A DNA stretch of 64,000 bases from a virus. Of the stretch, positions 22,450 through 31,305 are shown piece after piece. The stretch covers positions 13,139 to 77,138 of the IMG/VR virus record IMGVR_UViG_2861452123_000001. One strand, written 5' to 3'. Both the position numbers and the translations under genes were made by a program. Numbering within the stretch: the stretch's first letter is position 1; the number at the start of each line of letters is the position of its first letter. The notes beneath the pieces are model-generated. The model was not told the DNA's origin. It searched no databases and saw nothing but the letters and a program-made list of their open reading frames with translations.

Positions 22450-22719
22450 ATCAATCCCTTCTCATGAGCTTCGTTTAGAAGGTTGACGCGGGCCAGCGTT
22501 GCGGCTTGCGTTGCCGCCTTGTCGACGTACTCATCGAATGGGAGTAGTCGGACGCGCAGATCGTTGTAGTGCAACGTCCACTGGTGGACGGTGCCGGACC
22601 AGTACACGTTTCCCTCTGCGTCACGCAGTACCAGGCACAGCGGGTCGACCTCGCGGAACGCCTTCTCTTGGATCGCATGCGCCAGGGTGTTGCCTGGCGT
22701 CTACTTCGATCTCGATCAC
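22446..22719 (-). pseudogene. Frameshifted (+1) hypothetical gene
   Basis: Coupled GTG start at 22719 is 1 nt out of frame with an 84-codon frame (22700-22446) that ends in an ATGA overlap. Confidence 0.5.
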
Positions 22720-23270
22720 AGCTGGATGCCCTGTGCGTCGGCCGGGATGGTGGATGGGTCGACCAGCTTGAGATCCTTGGTCGTGACCTCTTGGCGTTCG
22801 TCGGCCGGTGCTGCGCGGACGGGCTTCCAATCCCGATAGGTCAGCAGACCCAGCTGGAAGTTGGCGATGCGGTCGTTCTCCTCGTCCTGCTGCTCGTCGC
22901 CGAACGACCCGAACTTCCAGTAGAGTTCGTCCTCGACCAGTCTGTAACGGACCATGCCGTTACCGGCCTGCAGATCGAACACTTGGAACCCGAACGGATT
23001 CAGCTCGATCGACACGCCCGCAGTTGATGTCGTCCAGTCGTCGGGGAACCCGCGACGGATCAGGACCACGGGGTCGGCACGCAGGATGATCGGGTACTCG
23101 CCGACGACCCGGTCGTCGCGTCCGTACTTCTCAACGAAGTCGACCTGCAGCTTGCCCAGATCGCCGTAGCCGCCAACGCGGACACGGTCGTTGTAGTACG
23201 ACGTGCCGTGCTCATCTTCCCAGCCGCCCTCGGCGTACCGGCCAATGACCTCAAGCTGTGTCTTCGCCAC
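22716..23270 (-). CDS. Hypothetical protein
   Basis: 184-aa ORF with RBS. Confidence 0.75.
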   Translation of the reverse strand: MAKTQLEVIGRYAEGGWEDEHGTSYYNDRVRVGGYGDLGKLQVDFVEKYGRDDRVVGEYPIILRADPVVLIRRGFPDDWTTSTAGVSIELNPFGFQVFDLQAGNGMVRYRLVEDELYWKFGSFGDEQQDEENDRIANFQLGLLTYRDWKPVRAAPADERQEVTTKDLKLVDPSTIPADAQGIQL

Positions 23271-23583
23271 TGCCCAACTCCTCTGCCCATCGTTCGAAAT
23301 CGCCGTCGCTCAAGATGGTCTGGCGCTTACCCATCCACTCGGCGAGCTTGTCGGCTGCCGTCTCCGAGAACTTCTCAACGACGACTGGCGGGATCCCCCG
23401 GTAGACCAGGGACGCGGTGCGGTCGCGGTTGTACGCGAACGCCACCTTGCCCAGCTTCTCCACCATGTCCGGCGGCATATGGCCGTTGTGGTCGGTCAGG
23501 TACTTGTGCGCGTAGCTCAGCGCCGCGTACGCCGCCTCGGCGATCATCGCCGGGACGGGCACGCCGCTATTCGGGTAGGCCAT
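23251..23583 (-). CDS. Hypothetical protein
   Basis: 110-aa ORF. Confidence 0.7.
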   Translation of the reverse strand: MAYPNSGVPVPAMIAEAAYAALSYAHKYLTDHNGHMPPDMVEKLGKVAFAYNRDRTASLVYRGIPPVVVEKFSETAADKLAEWMGKRQTILSDGDFERWAEELGSGEDTA

Positions 23584-23953
23584 TGTCCCCGAAGATGTCT
23601 CGATCCAGACCGCTGAACATCTCCGCGTCGGCTGCCTCTCGCTCCTCGCGGATCACGCCGACGAACCCCTCGAACATCTTCTTCGCGATGAGGTCGCACT
23701 CCACGACGGCGTGCGGGCCGTAGTGGGATGCGAGGTACGTCATCAGCTCCTCGTTGTAACCGTGCAGCCACTGCGAGATCATGTTCCGGTACGCTTCGGG
23801 CAGGTTGCTCGACAGCGCCAGGAAGTTCAGCATCAGGCGCGGGCCCTCAGCGATCATGAACGGGATCTTGTACGCCTCTTCGATATTCGCCTCGGTGAGG
23901 CGTGGCGCGTTCAGTTGGATCGGTGGCGGGATCGGCTTGCGGTCCCGGCTCAC
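23567..23953 (-). CDS. Hypothetical protein
   Basis: GTGA-coupled ORF. Confidence 0.7.
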   Translation of the reverse strand: MSRDRKPIPPPIQLNAPRLTEANIEEAYKIPFMIAEGPRLMLNFLALSSNLPEAYRNMISQWLHGYNEELMTYLASHYGPHAVVECDLIAKKMFEGFVGVIREEREAADAEMFSGLDRDIFGDNGLPE

Positions 23954-24171
23954 TTGATACCGAGCCCATCGAACAGCCCGCTGATGAACTTCTCGCCAGC
24001 GTCGGCGGCGTCTGCGAGGAACTCTTGCAGCGCCTCGGGGAGGTTGTCCTCGCCGTACTTCACCCTGGCGTTCTCGATGGCTACACCCACGCCGACCGCA
24101 GCGGCCAGCAGCGCGGGGTTGGACACGCTCAGGACGTTCTCGATGACGTCGTCCACGATGTTGTCGGCCAT
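23950..24171 (-). CDS. Small hypothetical protein (paralogue A)
   Basis: KYGEDNLPEALQE. Confidence 0.7.
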   Translation of the reverse strand: MADNIVDDVIENVLSVSNPALLAAAVGVGVAIENARVKYGEDNLPEALQEFLADAADAGEKFISGLFDGLGIK

Positions 24172-24395
24172 CAGACGATGCCCCACGGGTCGAGGGTCTT
24201 GCCGATGTATTCATCGGACGCGGCCGACACCCACTCGGTGTACTCGACCAGCGCCTCGGGCAGATCGCCTCCCACGCCGTACTTCTCGATGAGCTTGGCC
24301 TTCGCCACGAACATCCCCACAGCGAGCGCAGACAGCACGATGCTGGGTGACTCTGTGGCCGCCGATACCGCGTTCTTGAGTGTTGTGTCGCTCAT
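24171..24395 (-). CDS. Small hypothetical protein (paralogue B)
   Basis: KYGVGGDLPEALVE. Confidence 0.7.
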   Translation of the reverse strand: MSDTTLKNAVSAATESPSIVLSALAVGMFVAKAKLIEKYGVGGDLPEALVEYTEWVSAASDEYIGKTLDPWGIV

Positions 24396-24781
24396 TAGTA
24401 GCTTCCGCCTCCGTTGTTGTAGAGAGCGCCGAGGATCTTGTTCCTCAACGCCAGGTTGATTGCTTCCTTTTCCAGTGCGTGGCAACGCCTTTCGCACGTA
24501 CCCAGCTGCATGTGGGCGATGTCCATGGCGAGCTTCGCCGCCTGCACATCAGGATCGAGGGTCGCAGCGGCCTTCGACTTCCAGCCTGGACCGGTCCACC
24601 GGAACTCGACCACCGCGACAGCCTTGCCATGGATGGTCTCGTAGTGGCGCAGCTGCGCCCGATGCCAGGCAAGCATCCGGTCCCACTTGTCCATCAGGAA
24701 CGAGTTCTTGTCGAGCAGCCGGTCCAGGAGTGCTGGACTCAGCTCCGTGTAGACGTAGTCCTCGGAGTCATCCCAGCTCAT
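24395..24781 (-). CDS. Helical hypothetical protein (possibly UvsY-like)
   Basis: 128-aa coupled ORF. Confidence 0.65.
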   Translation of the reverse strand: MSWDDSEDYVYTELSPALLDRLLDKNSFLMDKWDRMLAWHRAQLRHYETIHGKAVAVVEFRWTGPGWKSKAAATLDPDVQAAKLAMDIAHMQLGTCERRCHALEKEAINLALRNKILGALYNNGGGSY

Positions 24782-25314
24782 GCGATCGCATCAATCAGGT
24801 TGAGCGCCAACGCTTCCTTGGCGAACACCAGACGGTCAACAGGACCGTGCAGGGCCTTGCACTCCTCGTCGGTCAACCCGGCACGCTGCTGGACGAGTCC
24901 GCTCAGCATCGCGTCCTGGTACTCCCAGACCGCCACGTCACGCTTGATCGTGGAGACGAAGTCGGCGTCGAAGCTCATCTTCGCCTCATGCCAGATCGTC
25001 ACGTCGAACTCGCCGCTGACTCGCCAGTCCCCGGCCTGGAGGATGACGGTGGCCATCGATCCGGCCATGCCGCGAACCTTGGTGGTAATGAAGTGCTTGC
25101 CATTGCCGCGTTCGGACAGTTCGACCAGTGTCGAGTACACCGACAGGCCGTCGATGATGTTGCCGCCCTGCGAGTTGATCACCAGCTCGATGTCAGACTC
25201 GGGGTACCGCTCATCGATCTCGTACAGTTCCTTGACGAGTGCGGTGGCGGTCTCCTCGGAGATATGCCCGATGAGGTATGCGCGGTGTACGTGGCCGGTG
25301 CGACTCACGGCCAT
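24778..25314 (-). CDS. ClpP-like protease subunit
   Basis: INSQGGNI, MAGSMATVILQAG (catalytic Ser), IWHE (His). Confidence 0.9.
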   Translation of the reverse strand: MAVSRTGHVHRAYLIGHISEETATALVKELYEIDERYPESDIELVINSQGGNIIDGLSVYSTLVELSERGNGKHFITTKVRGMAGSMATVILQAGDWRVSGEFDVTIWHEAKMSFDADFVSTIKRDVAVWEYQDAMLSGLVQQRAGLTDEECKALHGPVDRLVFAKEALALNLIDAIA

Positions 25315-25550
25315 CCTCCGACACTCGCCATGGCTGCTTCCTTCGTCTCGTACGCACCACTGGTGTCGAAATCCCAGTTTCCAGGGCCACTTCCGAGTGG
25401 TCGGTTACCAGTGATCCAGTAGGCAATCTCTCCGCGATGGTCGAAGTGCGTGTAGTTCACCAGGTACTCGGTATCGCCATCGATGGCCCGGTAGAACCAG
25501 TCGGGCCGTCCGTATCGGTTTTCCTCCTCGGTGAAGATCTCGAACTTCAC
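25305..25550 (-). CDS. Hypothetical protein
   Basis: GTGA-coupled ORF. Confidence 0.65.
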   Translation of the reverse strand: MKFEIFTEEENRYGRPDWFYRAIDGDTEYLVNYTHFDHRGEIAYWITGNRPLGSGPGNWDFDTSGAYETKEAAMASVGGWP

Positions 25551-26455
25551 AGCTCGATCCTCTTGAACTCGGAGACGTAACGCAGCTTCCTCGCCCACTG
25601 ACCACAGCGGACGATCTGACGGCCGCGCTCCAGCGGCACGCGGTGAACGGTCCACTCCCACTTGCCCTGCATGTTCGGGGCCTGGGGGCAGTGGAACATC
25701 AGGGCCTCGTCGTAATCGCAGTCGTGCGAAGCAAACTCGGCCTTGCCGTCAGCGTTCGGGTAGAAGTCGGCCCACGGCACGTCCTGCCGCACGATGTCGT
25801 CCTGGTAGAGCTGGCCCTCGACATACAGGGCGAGCTGGCCAGAGACGCCCATGCGGTACTCGTCGTCCTTGCCGGTCTTGATGTCCACCATGTACCGCTT
25901 GCCGTCGATCTCAACGATGCGGTCAGCGGAACCAGCGGCACGGAGGACGAACGCGTTGCCGGTCGGTGTCTTCATCGGCACGTTCACTGACAGGAACACC
26001 TCGCGGGCGATGTACGACAGGTGGGGCGAGGATGAGATGTACTCGTAGTAGCCGTCCAGCGGCCCCTTCATGTCCTCTTCGACTGCGCCCCAGTCGAATC
26101 CGTCAGGGTTGACCTCGATGGCCTCGCAGTAGTCATGGATCGACGTGCCACGGTCAGCCTTGTTGGTGTTGCCGCCGATGGTCTCGGCCGTCGCGGCGAT
26201 CTCCTTGAGAGCGCCCTTCTCCTTGTCCCAGTTGCCGCCCTTGGCGACGATGGCCTTGACACGGTTCAGTAGGGACGGTGTCTGCGCCATGCCGATCATG
26301 GCGTTGGCCTGGTAGTACTTGAATAGGCCGTCGCTGGCTTTGTCGATGTCCTTCGCCAGGGTCGAGCATCGCGAGTACGACACGCGTGGCCCACCTTCCG
26401 GTGGGTATAGCTTCGGGCGACCGTAGTTGTCGCGGGGGATCTTCCAGTCGGTCAC
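25547..26455 (-). CDS. PD-(D/E)xK exonuclease (RecB/Cas4-like)
   Basis: RGTSIHDYCE, AGSADRI, VDIKTG, QLALY. Confidence 0.9.
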   Translation of the reverse strand: MTDWKIPRDNYGRPKLYPPEGGPRVSYSRCSTLAKDIDKASDGLFKYYQANAMIGMAQTPSLLNRVKAIVAKGGNWDKEKGALKEIAATAETIGGNTNKADRGTSIHDYCEAIEVNPDGFDWGAVEEDMKGPLDGYYEYISSSPHLSYIAREVFLSVNVPMKTPTGNAFVLRAAGSADRIVEIDGKRYMVDIKTGKDDEYRMGVSGQLALYVEGQLYQDDIVRQDVPWADFYPNADGKAEFASHDCDYDEALMFHCPQAPNMQGKWEWTVHRVPLERGRQIVRCGQWARKLRYVSEFKRIEL

Positions 26456-26622
26456 TTACCGTCCTTGACCCATTCGTATGCAGCCTGCGCGCCTGCTAGG
26501 AGTTCCTCCGCATTGGCGAATGCAGCCTGGTAACCGATGACCCGGTCGAGCACCTGGAGACGGAGTTGCGCCTTCTCGCCGTCCGACCAAAGCTTTCGGG
26601 CGACCGGTGCCCCGACGCTCAC
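26452..26622 (-). CDS. Small hypothetical protein
   Basis: Own translation VSVGAPVARKLWSDGEKAQLRLQVLDRV...; GTGA overlaps at both ends. Confidence 0.6.
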   Translation of the reverse strand: MSVGAPVARKLWSDGEKAQLRLQVLDRVIGYQAAFANAEELLAGAQAAYEWVKDGK

Positions 26623-27440
26623 TCGGCCACCTGCGTAGCACCCAGCTCCGAGCCCGCGTTGGCGATGGCCTCGAAGTGCTCAGCGACCTTGGTCAGAGCA
26701 GCCTGGTCGGTGGAATTGACGATTGCCCCACCATCGGGGTACTCCTCAGCGAAGAACGCCTGCACAGCCTTCGGGTTGTTGCCCGACGCCTTCGCTGCTG
26801 CCTTGACACGGTTGATCAGCTCCGCGACGGCCGGGTCGCCGAGAGACTCACCGGGAGCTGGTGACGACTTGGCGCGGGATGGGCGCTGCGCGGCGGGCTT
26901 TCCGCCACGGCCGGACGCTGCGTTGCCGTCATCGTCCTCGTCGGCGACCAGGCCCAGGATTGCCATGAATGCGTACCGCTTGGCGTACGTGATCGCGGAG
27001 CCCTGCGCCTGCGGATCGTTCTTCACCGGCCGCAGGATCATCTTGGACGTACGGGACTGGCCCGACTCATGCAGCACCGTGGTGGCCAGAGTGTCGTGCG
27101 GCTTGCCCTCGATCAGGACGTACCCCGGCTCCTGGATGACGGCCAGCCCATGCTTGGCGAGGACCGGCTGCGCCTCGGCCTTGACGGCGGGCAGGTCGGC
27201 GTACTTGCTCTTGAAGAACGGGTTCGCGGTGTCCTTGGCGACGGCACCGAACTCGGCCTGGGCGGCGACGAGAGCTGCGGCCAACGCAGTCCCGATCTCA
27301 CCGGTCGATGTCAGTACGCGAGTGTTGTAGGCGTAGTTGACCGACTCGGCGGGGACGCGCACGTTCACCGACTTGGCAGTGTCGACGCCAGACGGCTTCA
27401 CCTCGGTGGTCTCAGCCTTCTTGGCGGTATCGTCGCTCAC
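26619..27440 (-). CDS. erf: ERF-family single-strand annealing protein
   Basis: AQAEFGAVAKDTANPFFKSKYADL, PQAQGSAITYAKRY, DEDDDG. Confidence 0.95.
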   Translation of the reverse strand: MSDDTAKKAETTEVKPSGVDTAKSVNVRVPAESVNYAYNTRVLTSTGEIGTALAAALVAAQAEFGAVAKDTANPFFKSKYADLPAVKAEAQPVLAKHGLAVIQEPGYVLIEGKPHDTLATTVLHESGQSRTSKMILRPVKNDPQAQGSAITYAKRYAFMAILGLVADEDDDGNAASGRGGKPAAQRPSRAKSSPAPGESLGDPAVAELINRVKAAAKASGNNPKAVQAFFAEEYPDGGAIVNSTDQAALTKVAEHFEAIANAGSELGATQVAE

Positions 27441-27513
27441 AGGTCATGCGCTCCTATGTAGAGGAAGGCGAACACGAATAGCCATGTCCACCAGGGGAAT
27501 ATGCCGAGCACGG

Positions 27514-27840
27514 CTATGCAGCGATGAGCTGCTTGATCTTTCGGTTCGTCTTGCCCTGGCCCTCGATGGCGTCCGCGAGGATCGCGAGGGTGGACTTCTC
27601 AACCGTGGTGTTGCGCAAGATGACTCGCAGCGCCGACCACCAGGTGCGGTGAGGATCCTTGGGTGCAGACATTTCCAACGCGTACTCCAGCGCGGTGATG
27701 ATCGTCACCGGCTCGCCAGCGTTGATGGACTCCTGCAGAAGACGTTTCGTGATCTGCAGTGTCGAGATCAGACCGTCTGGGTCATCCGTCAGGACTGCGT
27801 GGTTCCGGCGCGCAATGCGCCGCAGCTTGTTTGTACCCAT
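27514..27840 (-). CDS. Hypothetical protein
   Basis: 108-aa ORF. Confidence 0.7.
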   Translation of the reverse strand: MGTNKLRRIARRNHAVLTDDPDGLISTLQITKRLLQESINAGEPVTIITALEYALEMSAPKDPHRTWWSALRVILRNTTVEKSTLAILADAIEGQGKTNRKIKQLIAA

Positions 27841-27861
27841 CGTTGTATCATCATGCCTCAG

Positions 27862-27871
27862 CCCTGTAATC
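27862..27871 (+). promoter_or_regulatory. CCCTGTAATC motif copy (followed by GCAGGTCAG)
   Basis: Exact 10-mer in an intergenic gap. Confidence 0.5.
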
Positions 27872-27876
27872 GCAGG

Positions 27877-28137
27877 TCAGGCCGCTATTTGCGGGCGTAC
27901 GAGCCAGCAGTTGTCACGGAATGGGTTGAAGTCCCATGGGGCACACCCAATCGCCTTCAACTCCTGAGCAAGCATGTGGCGCTGGGTCATCTTGTCCGAA
28001 TATGCAGCGGACTGGGCGGCGCTGCCCGAGTGTCTCCACACGCCACCGGCATGCCAATTCCTCAGCTCGTCGTCCAGCTCCCACAGCAACTCCAGTAGTT
28101 CGTTTCGCTCAGTAAGGAACTCAGCGCGACTGGGCAT
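27877..28137 (-). CDS. Hypothetical protein (probably leaderless)
   Basis: ATG 7 nt after the predicted -10 hexamer. Confidence 0.7.
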   Translation of the reverse strand: MPSRAEFLTERNELLELLWELDDELRNWHAGGVWRHSGSAAQSAAYSDKMTQRHMLAQELKAIGCAPWDFNPFRDNCWLVRPQIAA

Positions 28138-28144
28138 GCGGAGG

Positions 28145-28176
28145 ATCCTGTCAAACGACAGCGACGGATTACAGGG
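28145..28176 (-). promoter_or_regulatory. Leftward phage-type promoter (CCCTGTAATC-N16-CAGGAT)
   Basis: Motif 28176-28167; hexamer 28150-28145. Confidence 0.65.
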
Positions 28177-28352
28177 AGATGTGTCGGGGGGCCCGCCGGG
28201 ACACGACCCCCGGCGGGGCGACCGAACCTAATCGTCCGCACCAGATCAGACAGGAAGGGAATCCACTTACCGACCTGGCCCACCGGTAACGTACCCCATC
28301 CTTGCCATCGGCAACCGCGAACTTACGGTTCGGTAAGGTTAACCTCATCTTG

Positions 28353-28368
28353 TGTGATTCACATCACA
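28353..28368. promoter_or_regulatory. Perfect CRP/GlxR consensus site
   Basis: TGTGA-TTCACA-TCACA. Confidence 0.6.
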
Positions 28369-28423
28369 TTTCATTGCCAGCACGCCTTCAAGCTCCTCCA
28401 TCGCCCCTGCTCAGCGCCTTGCC

Positions 28424-28433
28424 CCCTGTAATC
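28424..28433 (+). promoter_or_regulatory. CCCTGTAATC motif copy (followed by ACTGGTCAG; TACCTT 17 nt later)
   Basis: Exact 10-mer in the divergent control region. Confidence 0.5.
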
Positions 28434-28675
28434 ACTGGTCAGCAAACCGTTACCTTCTAAAAGGACCGTGCGAGCGCAGCGAGCCCCTACCCCGAAGGGG
28501 CCTAGCAACACGGATGTGTTGCGTCTCCCCAGAGCGACCGGTTGGGTCTGGTACCCGACAAGGTCAACGGAGTGATCCTCTTAATAGATCCTCCTACTCG
28601 ATAGTAAAGCTCAAACCTGTACTGAGGCTTAGTAATACAGCTTTACCTGTAACCCTATTACAAGCGCGTACGCTT

Positions 28676-28707
28676 CCCTGTAATCCAACTCCCGCGCCTG
28701 CCAAGCT
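28676..28707 (+). promoter_or_regulatory. Rightward phage-type promoter (CCCTGTAATC-N16-CAAGCT)
   Basis: Motif 28676-28685; hexamer 28702-28707; ATG 7 nt later. Confidence 0.65.
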
Positions 28708-28714
28708 CATTCGC

Positions 28715-29527
28715 ATGAGCACAGACATCCGCGAGAACTACGAGGGGCTGGTTGACGGCGAGCGCGTCGTCACCGCGTACCGCGCCTTCGCAGAGCCCGA
28801 CAAGCCGTACTGCATCACCCTCGACCTCGGGGACCAGATCGTGTCCGGTGCATTCCGACCGCTGGTCGCCGACGAAGACTTCACCGCCGAAGAGGCAGAG
28901 TCGTTGAACCGCGCCAACATCATCGACTGGGTGAGCGTCCTGACGGACCTGATCGAGAAGGCGCAAGCTTGGGACGACTTCGTCGCGGAAGTCGAGGAGG
29001 CCGAACAGTACCCCGACGAGTACTACGGGGCCGAGTTCCTGTCCGGCGGCGGCGTCATCACGGACACGTTCGACCGTTCCGGCGCAGTCGATCTGGACGC
29101 ACCCGCCACCACGGCCTGGTCGGTCGACAACCTCGGGTACAACGAGATCGATTCGGTGTGGATGGATCGCCAGGGCGACCGCTACAAGCACGTGAACGGT
29201 GTCTGGTACATCCAGGACTGCGACGACATTCTTGGAGATTGGGATGAGATCGCCTCCAACTCCGACCTCCTGACCGACTACGGCCCGTACACCACGACGC
29301 TCGCCGACCGTGCGCCGCGTCAGGCGAAGAGCCTCGGCGAAGACGAGCGTGACGCCGAATGGTCCTTCACGGCCGACGACGGAACGGTCTTCATCTACCG
29401 CTGGAACGGCGAGACCTGGGAGGGCAAGTCCTCCGCGTTCGGCGACGGCGACGTCTGGGTGTCGATCAGCGCGGACGGACCCGTCATCCGCAACACCCCC
29501 AACTACCTCATCGAAATCATCAAGTAA
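28715..29527 (+). CDS. Acidic hypothetical protein (probably leaderless)
   Basis: MSTDIRENYEG...; codon use becomes phage-typical at 28715. Confidence 0.8.
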   Translation: MSTDIRENYEGLVDGERVVTAYRAFAEPDKPYCITLDLGDQIVSGAFRPLVADEDFTAEEAESLNRANIIDWVSVLTDLIEKAQAWDDFVAEVEEAEQYPDEYYGAEFLSGGGVITDTFDRSGAVDLDAPATTAWSVDNLGYNEIDSVWMDRQGDRYKHVNGVWYIQDCDDILGDWDEIASNSDLLTDYGPYTTTLADRAPRQAKSLGEDERDAEWSFTADDGTVFIYRWNGETWEGKSSAFGDGDVWVSISADGPVIRNTPNYLIEIIK

Positions 29528-29540
29528 CCCCGAAGGAATC

Positions 29541-29876
29541 ATGAGCAAGAACAACACCATCAACGGGACACCGGGACTCAAGCGGATCGTCCCCGCAGGC
29601 GAGCCGATCTTCGGCCTGGGCGCGAAGGTCACCGGCCGTAACCTCGCCGCCATCAGCTACATCGTGTCGCTGGAGGCTGAGCGCCGTGGCGTCCCGCTGG
29701 GGATCGAAACCGTCTTCGCGGCTACCGGCGAGCTGGTCTCGATCACCGTCAAGGACGACACCAAGGCAGAGGACTTCGTCCTGGAGGTCGGCGATGCAAT
29801 CGTCCTGACCCCTCAGGCCCTGGAGGCTCAGGTGCTGCCGGTGAGCCTGTACAACCAGGTGTTCCGCGAGCTGTGA
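29541..29876 (+). CDS. Hypothetical protein
   Basis: GAAGGA RBS. Confidence 0.8.
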   Translation: MSKNNTINGTPGLKRIVPAGEPIFGLGAKVTGRNLAAISYIVSLEAERRGVPLGIETVFAATGELVSITVKDDTKAEDFVLEVGDAIVLTPQALEAQVLPVSLYNQVFREL

Positions 29877-30166
29877 CCCTGCAGACGTTCACCCACAACC
29901 CGACCAAGGTCGGAGCCATTCAGGTGGCCCGACCCTGGTCAGGTGTGGAGCGTTCCGTTCCAACCGCCCGCCAGGTGAAGACCGGCGCAGGTGGACTGGC
30001 GTGGTTCGTGGTGTCCACCCACGGCAGCCTGGAGACGCAGCGTGCGTACGCGGGTGACTGGATTGTCCGGCACCCCAACGGTTCCCATGAAGTTCTGACC
30101 GACGACCAGTTCCAGCTGTATTACGGAGATAGCAAAGATGTCGACACCGACCCTGCCGAGGACTGA
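29873..30166 (+). CDS. Hypothetical protein (GDWIV-type)
   Basis: AYAGDWIVRHPNG...F...Y. Confidence 0.75.
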   Translation: MTLQTFTHNPTKVGAIQVARPWSGVERSVPTARQVKTGAGGLAWFVVSTHGSLETQRAYAGDWIVRHPNGSHEVLTDDQFQLYYGDSKDVDTDPAED

Positions 30167-30446
30167 CTTCGACACCGACATCATGTCGGCGGTCGACGGC
30201 GCGTTCAAGGAACTCGACTGTTGCAGTCAGCGCAAGGAACAGCTGGCCTGTGGCGGCGACATCGCCGGATACCAGGAGTACCACGACTGCATCCAAGGCT
30301 GGCTGTGCAAGACCCACTGGGACCAGGCACTCCAGTTCCTTCCAGTGTGGAAGGAACGCATCCGCACCAACGGCAGCATGGGATGCACTCACTGCCTCAA
30401 CCGGTTCGATGACATCCGCAAGCTAGTGAGGCTGACCTCGGTATGA
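30138..30446 (+). CDS. Cys-rich putative Zn-binding protein
   Basis: CxxH and CxxC motifs. Confidence 0.7.
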   Translation: MSTPTLPRTDFDTDIMSAVDGAFKELDCCSQRKEQLACGGDIAGYQEYHDCIQGWLCKTHWDQALQFLPVWKERIRTNGSMGCTHCLNRFDDIRKLVRLTSV

Positions 30447-30658
30447 CCAAGATCCTGATCGCCGCAGCAGCGGCTGCCGCCACCCTCGGACTGTCGGCGT
30501 GCAACCCCGGTGAGCCCGTGCCCACACCCGCCAACCCCGGCGCACCGGCCAGCTGCGCATTCGTGAACGCCCCGAAGAGTGGCTTCGTCCCTGGCGGCGA
30601 TCTACGCCTGGACCCCGGCACTCACTTGGGTCCACGTATCGGGCTGCCGTTCCAGTGA
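30443..30658 (+). CDS. Small lipoprotein
   Basis: Signal peptide with LSAC lipobox. Confidence 0.75.
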   Translation: MTKILIAAAAAAATLGLSACNPGEPVPTPANPGAPASCAFVNAPKSGFVPGGDLRLDPGTHLGPRIGLPFQ

Positions 30659-31305
30659 GCGCCATTCTCCGCGATGTGATCTGGGATGACCTCGACATCG
30701 ACTACCTGCTGACACAGTCCTACAAGGACTTCCACGCCAAGGGCCTCGACTACGTGTGCCTGCACCGTGACGCGGGCCTGACCCTCAAGGCGTACTTCTT
30801 CGCCGAAGGTATGGACTCGCAGAAAGCGGGCGAGGTCGTCAACCCGCACGACCACCGGTACAACTTCGTGACGCAATGCATGTCCGGCGTCATCGAGAAC
30901 CAGTGGTACCGCACCCCGCCATGCTGGGATCCGATGTCGGACGACCCGATTGCTGATGAGTGCGGCGAGGTTTACGAGACGCACCTGTGGTACACACCGC
31001 TCAACGGTGGTGTCGGGTTCACCAAGGACGGTGGCTGGATCCTGCAGCGATACAAGACGTATCAGTTCGCCCCCGGCCAGCAGTACTGGATGTCGGCACC
31101 CGAGATCCACACCATCCGCGTGGTCAAGCCCGAGACGTGCATCGTGATCGCACAGTTCGAGGACGTGGTCCCGCTCGACCAGCCGACAGTCACGTTCACC
31201 AAGAGCAAGTTGCCGCCGTCCCTCGAAGGGCTGTACGGCACGTTCACCGCCGACCAGCTCGTCAAGCGAATCGGCCTACTTCGAGAACTGCAGGAGCAGC
31301 TCTAA
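30655..31305 (+). CDS. Cupin / cysteine-dioxygenase-like metalloprotein
   Basis: NPHDHRYNFVT...PEIHTIRV. Confidence 0.7.
   Translation: MSAILRDVIWDDLDIDYLLTQSYKDFHAKGLDYVCLHRDAGLTLKAYFFAEGMDSQKAGEVVNPHDHRYNFVTQCMSGVIENQWYRTPPCWDPMSDDPIADECGEVYETHLWYTPLNGGVGFTKDGGWILQRYKTYQFAPGQQYWMSAPEIHTIRVVKPETCIVIAQFEDVVPLDQPTVTFTKSKLPPSLEGLYGTFTADQLVKRIGLLRELQEQL

Noticed and set aside
24380-25422. Two long plus-strand ORFs (344 and 320 aa)
   Set aside because: Antisense shadows of the ClpP-region genes in high-GC DNA; no RBS or motifs
25547-26455. Cas4-like nuclease as evidence of CRISPR-Cas
   Set aside because: No array or other cas genes; paired with ERF as a recombination exonuclease
28514-28714. 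N-terminal extension of the ORF starting at 28514
   Set aside because: Runs through AT-rich promoter DNA; the promoter geometry supports a start at 28715
28138-28714. attP site or replication-origin iterons
   Set aside because: No integrase nearby and no convincing direct-repeat array; only short inverted repeats
28658-29653. 331-aa minus-strand ORF
   Set aside because: Antisense to the real acidic gene at 28715
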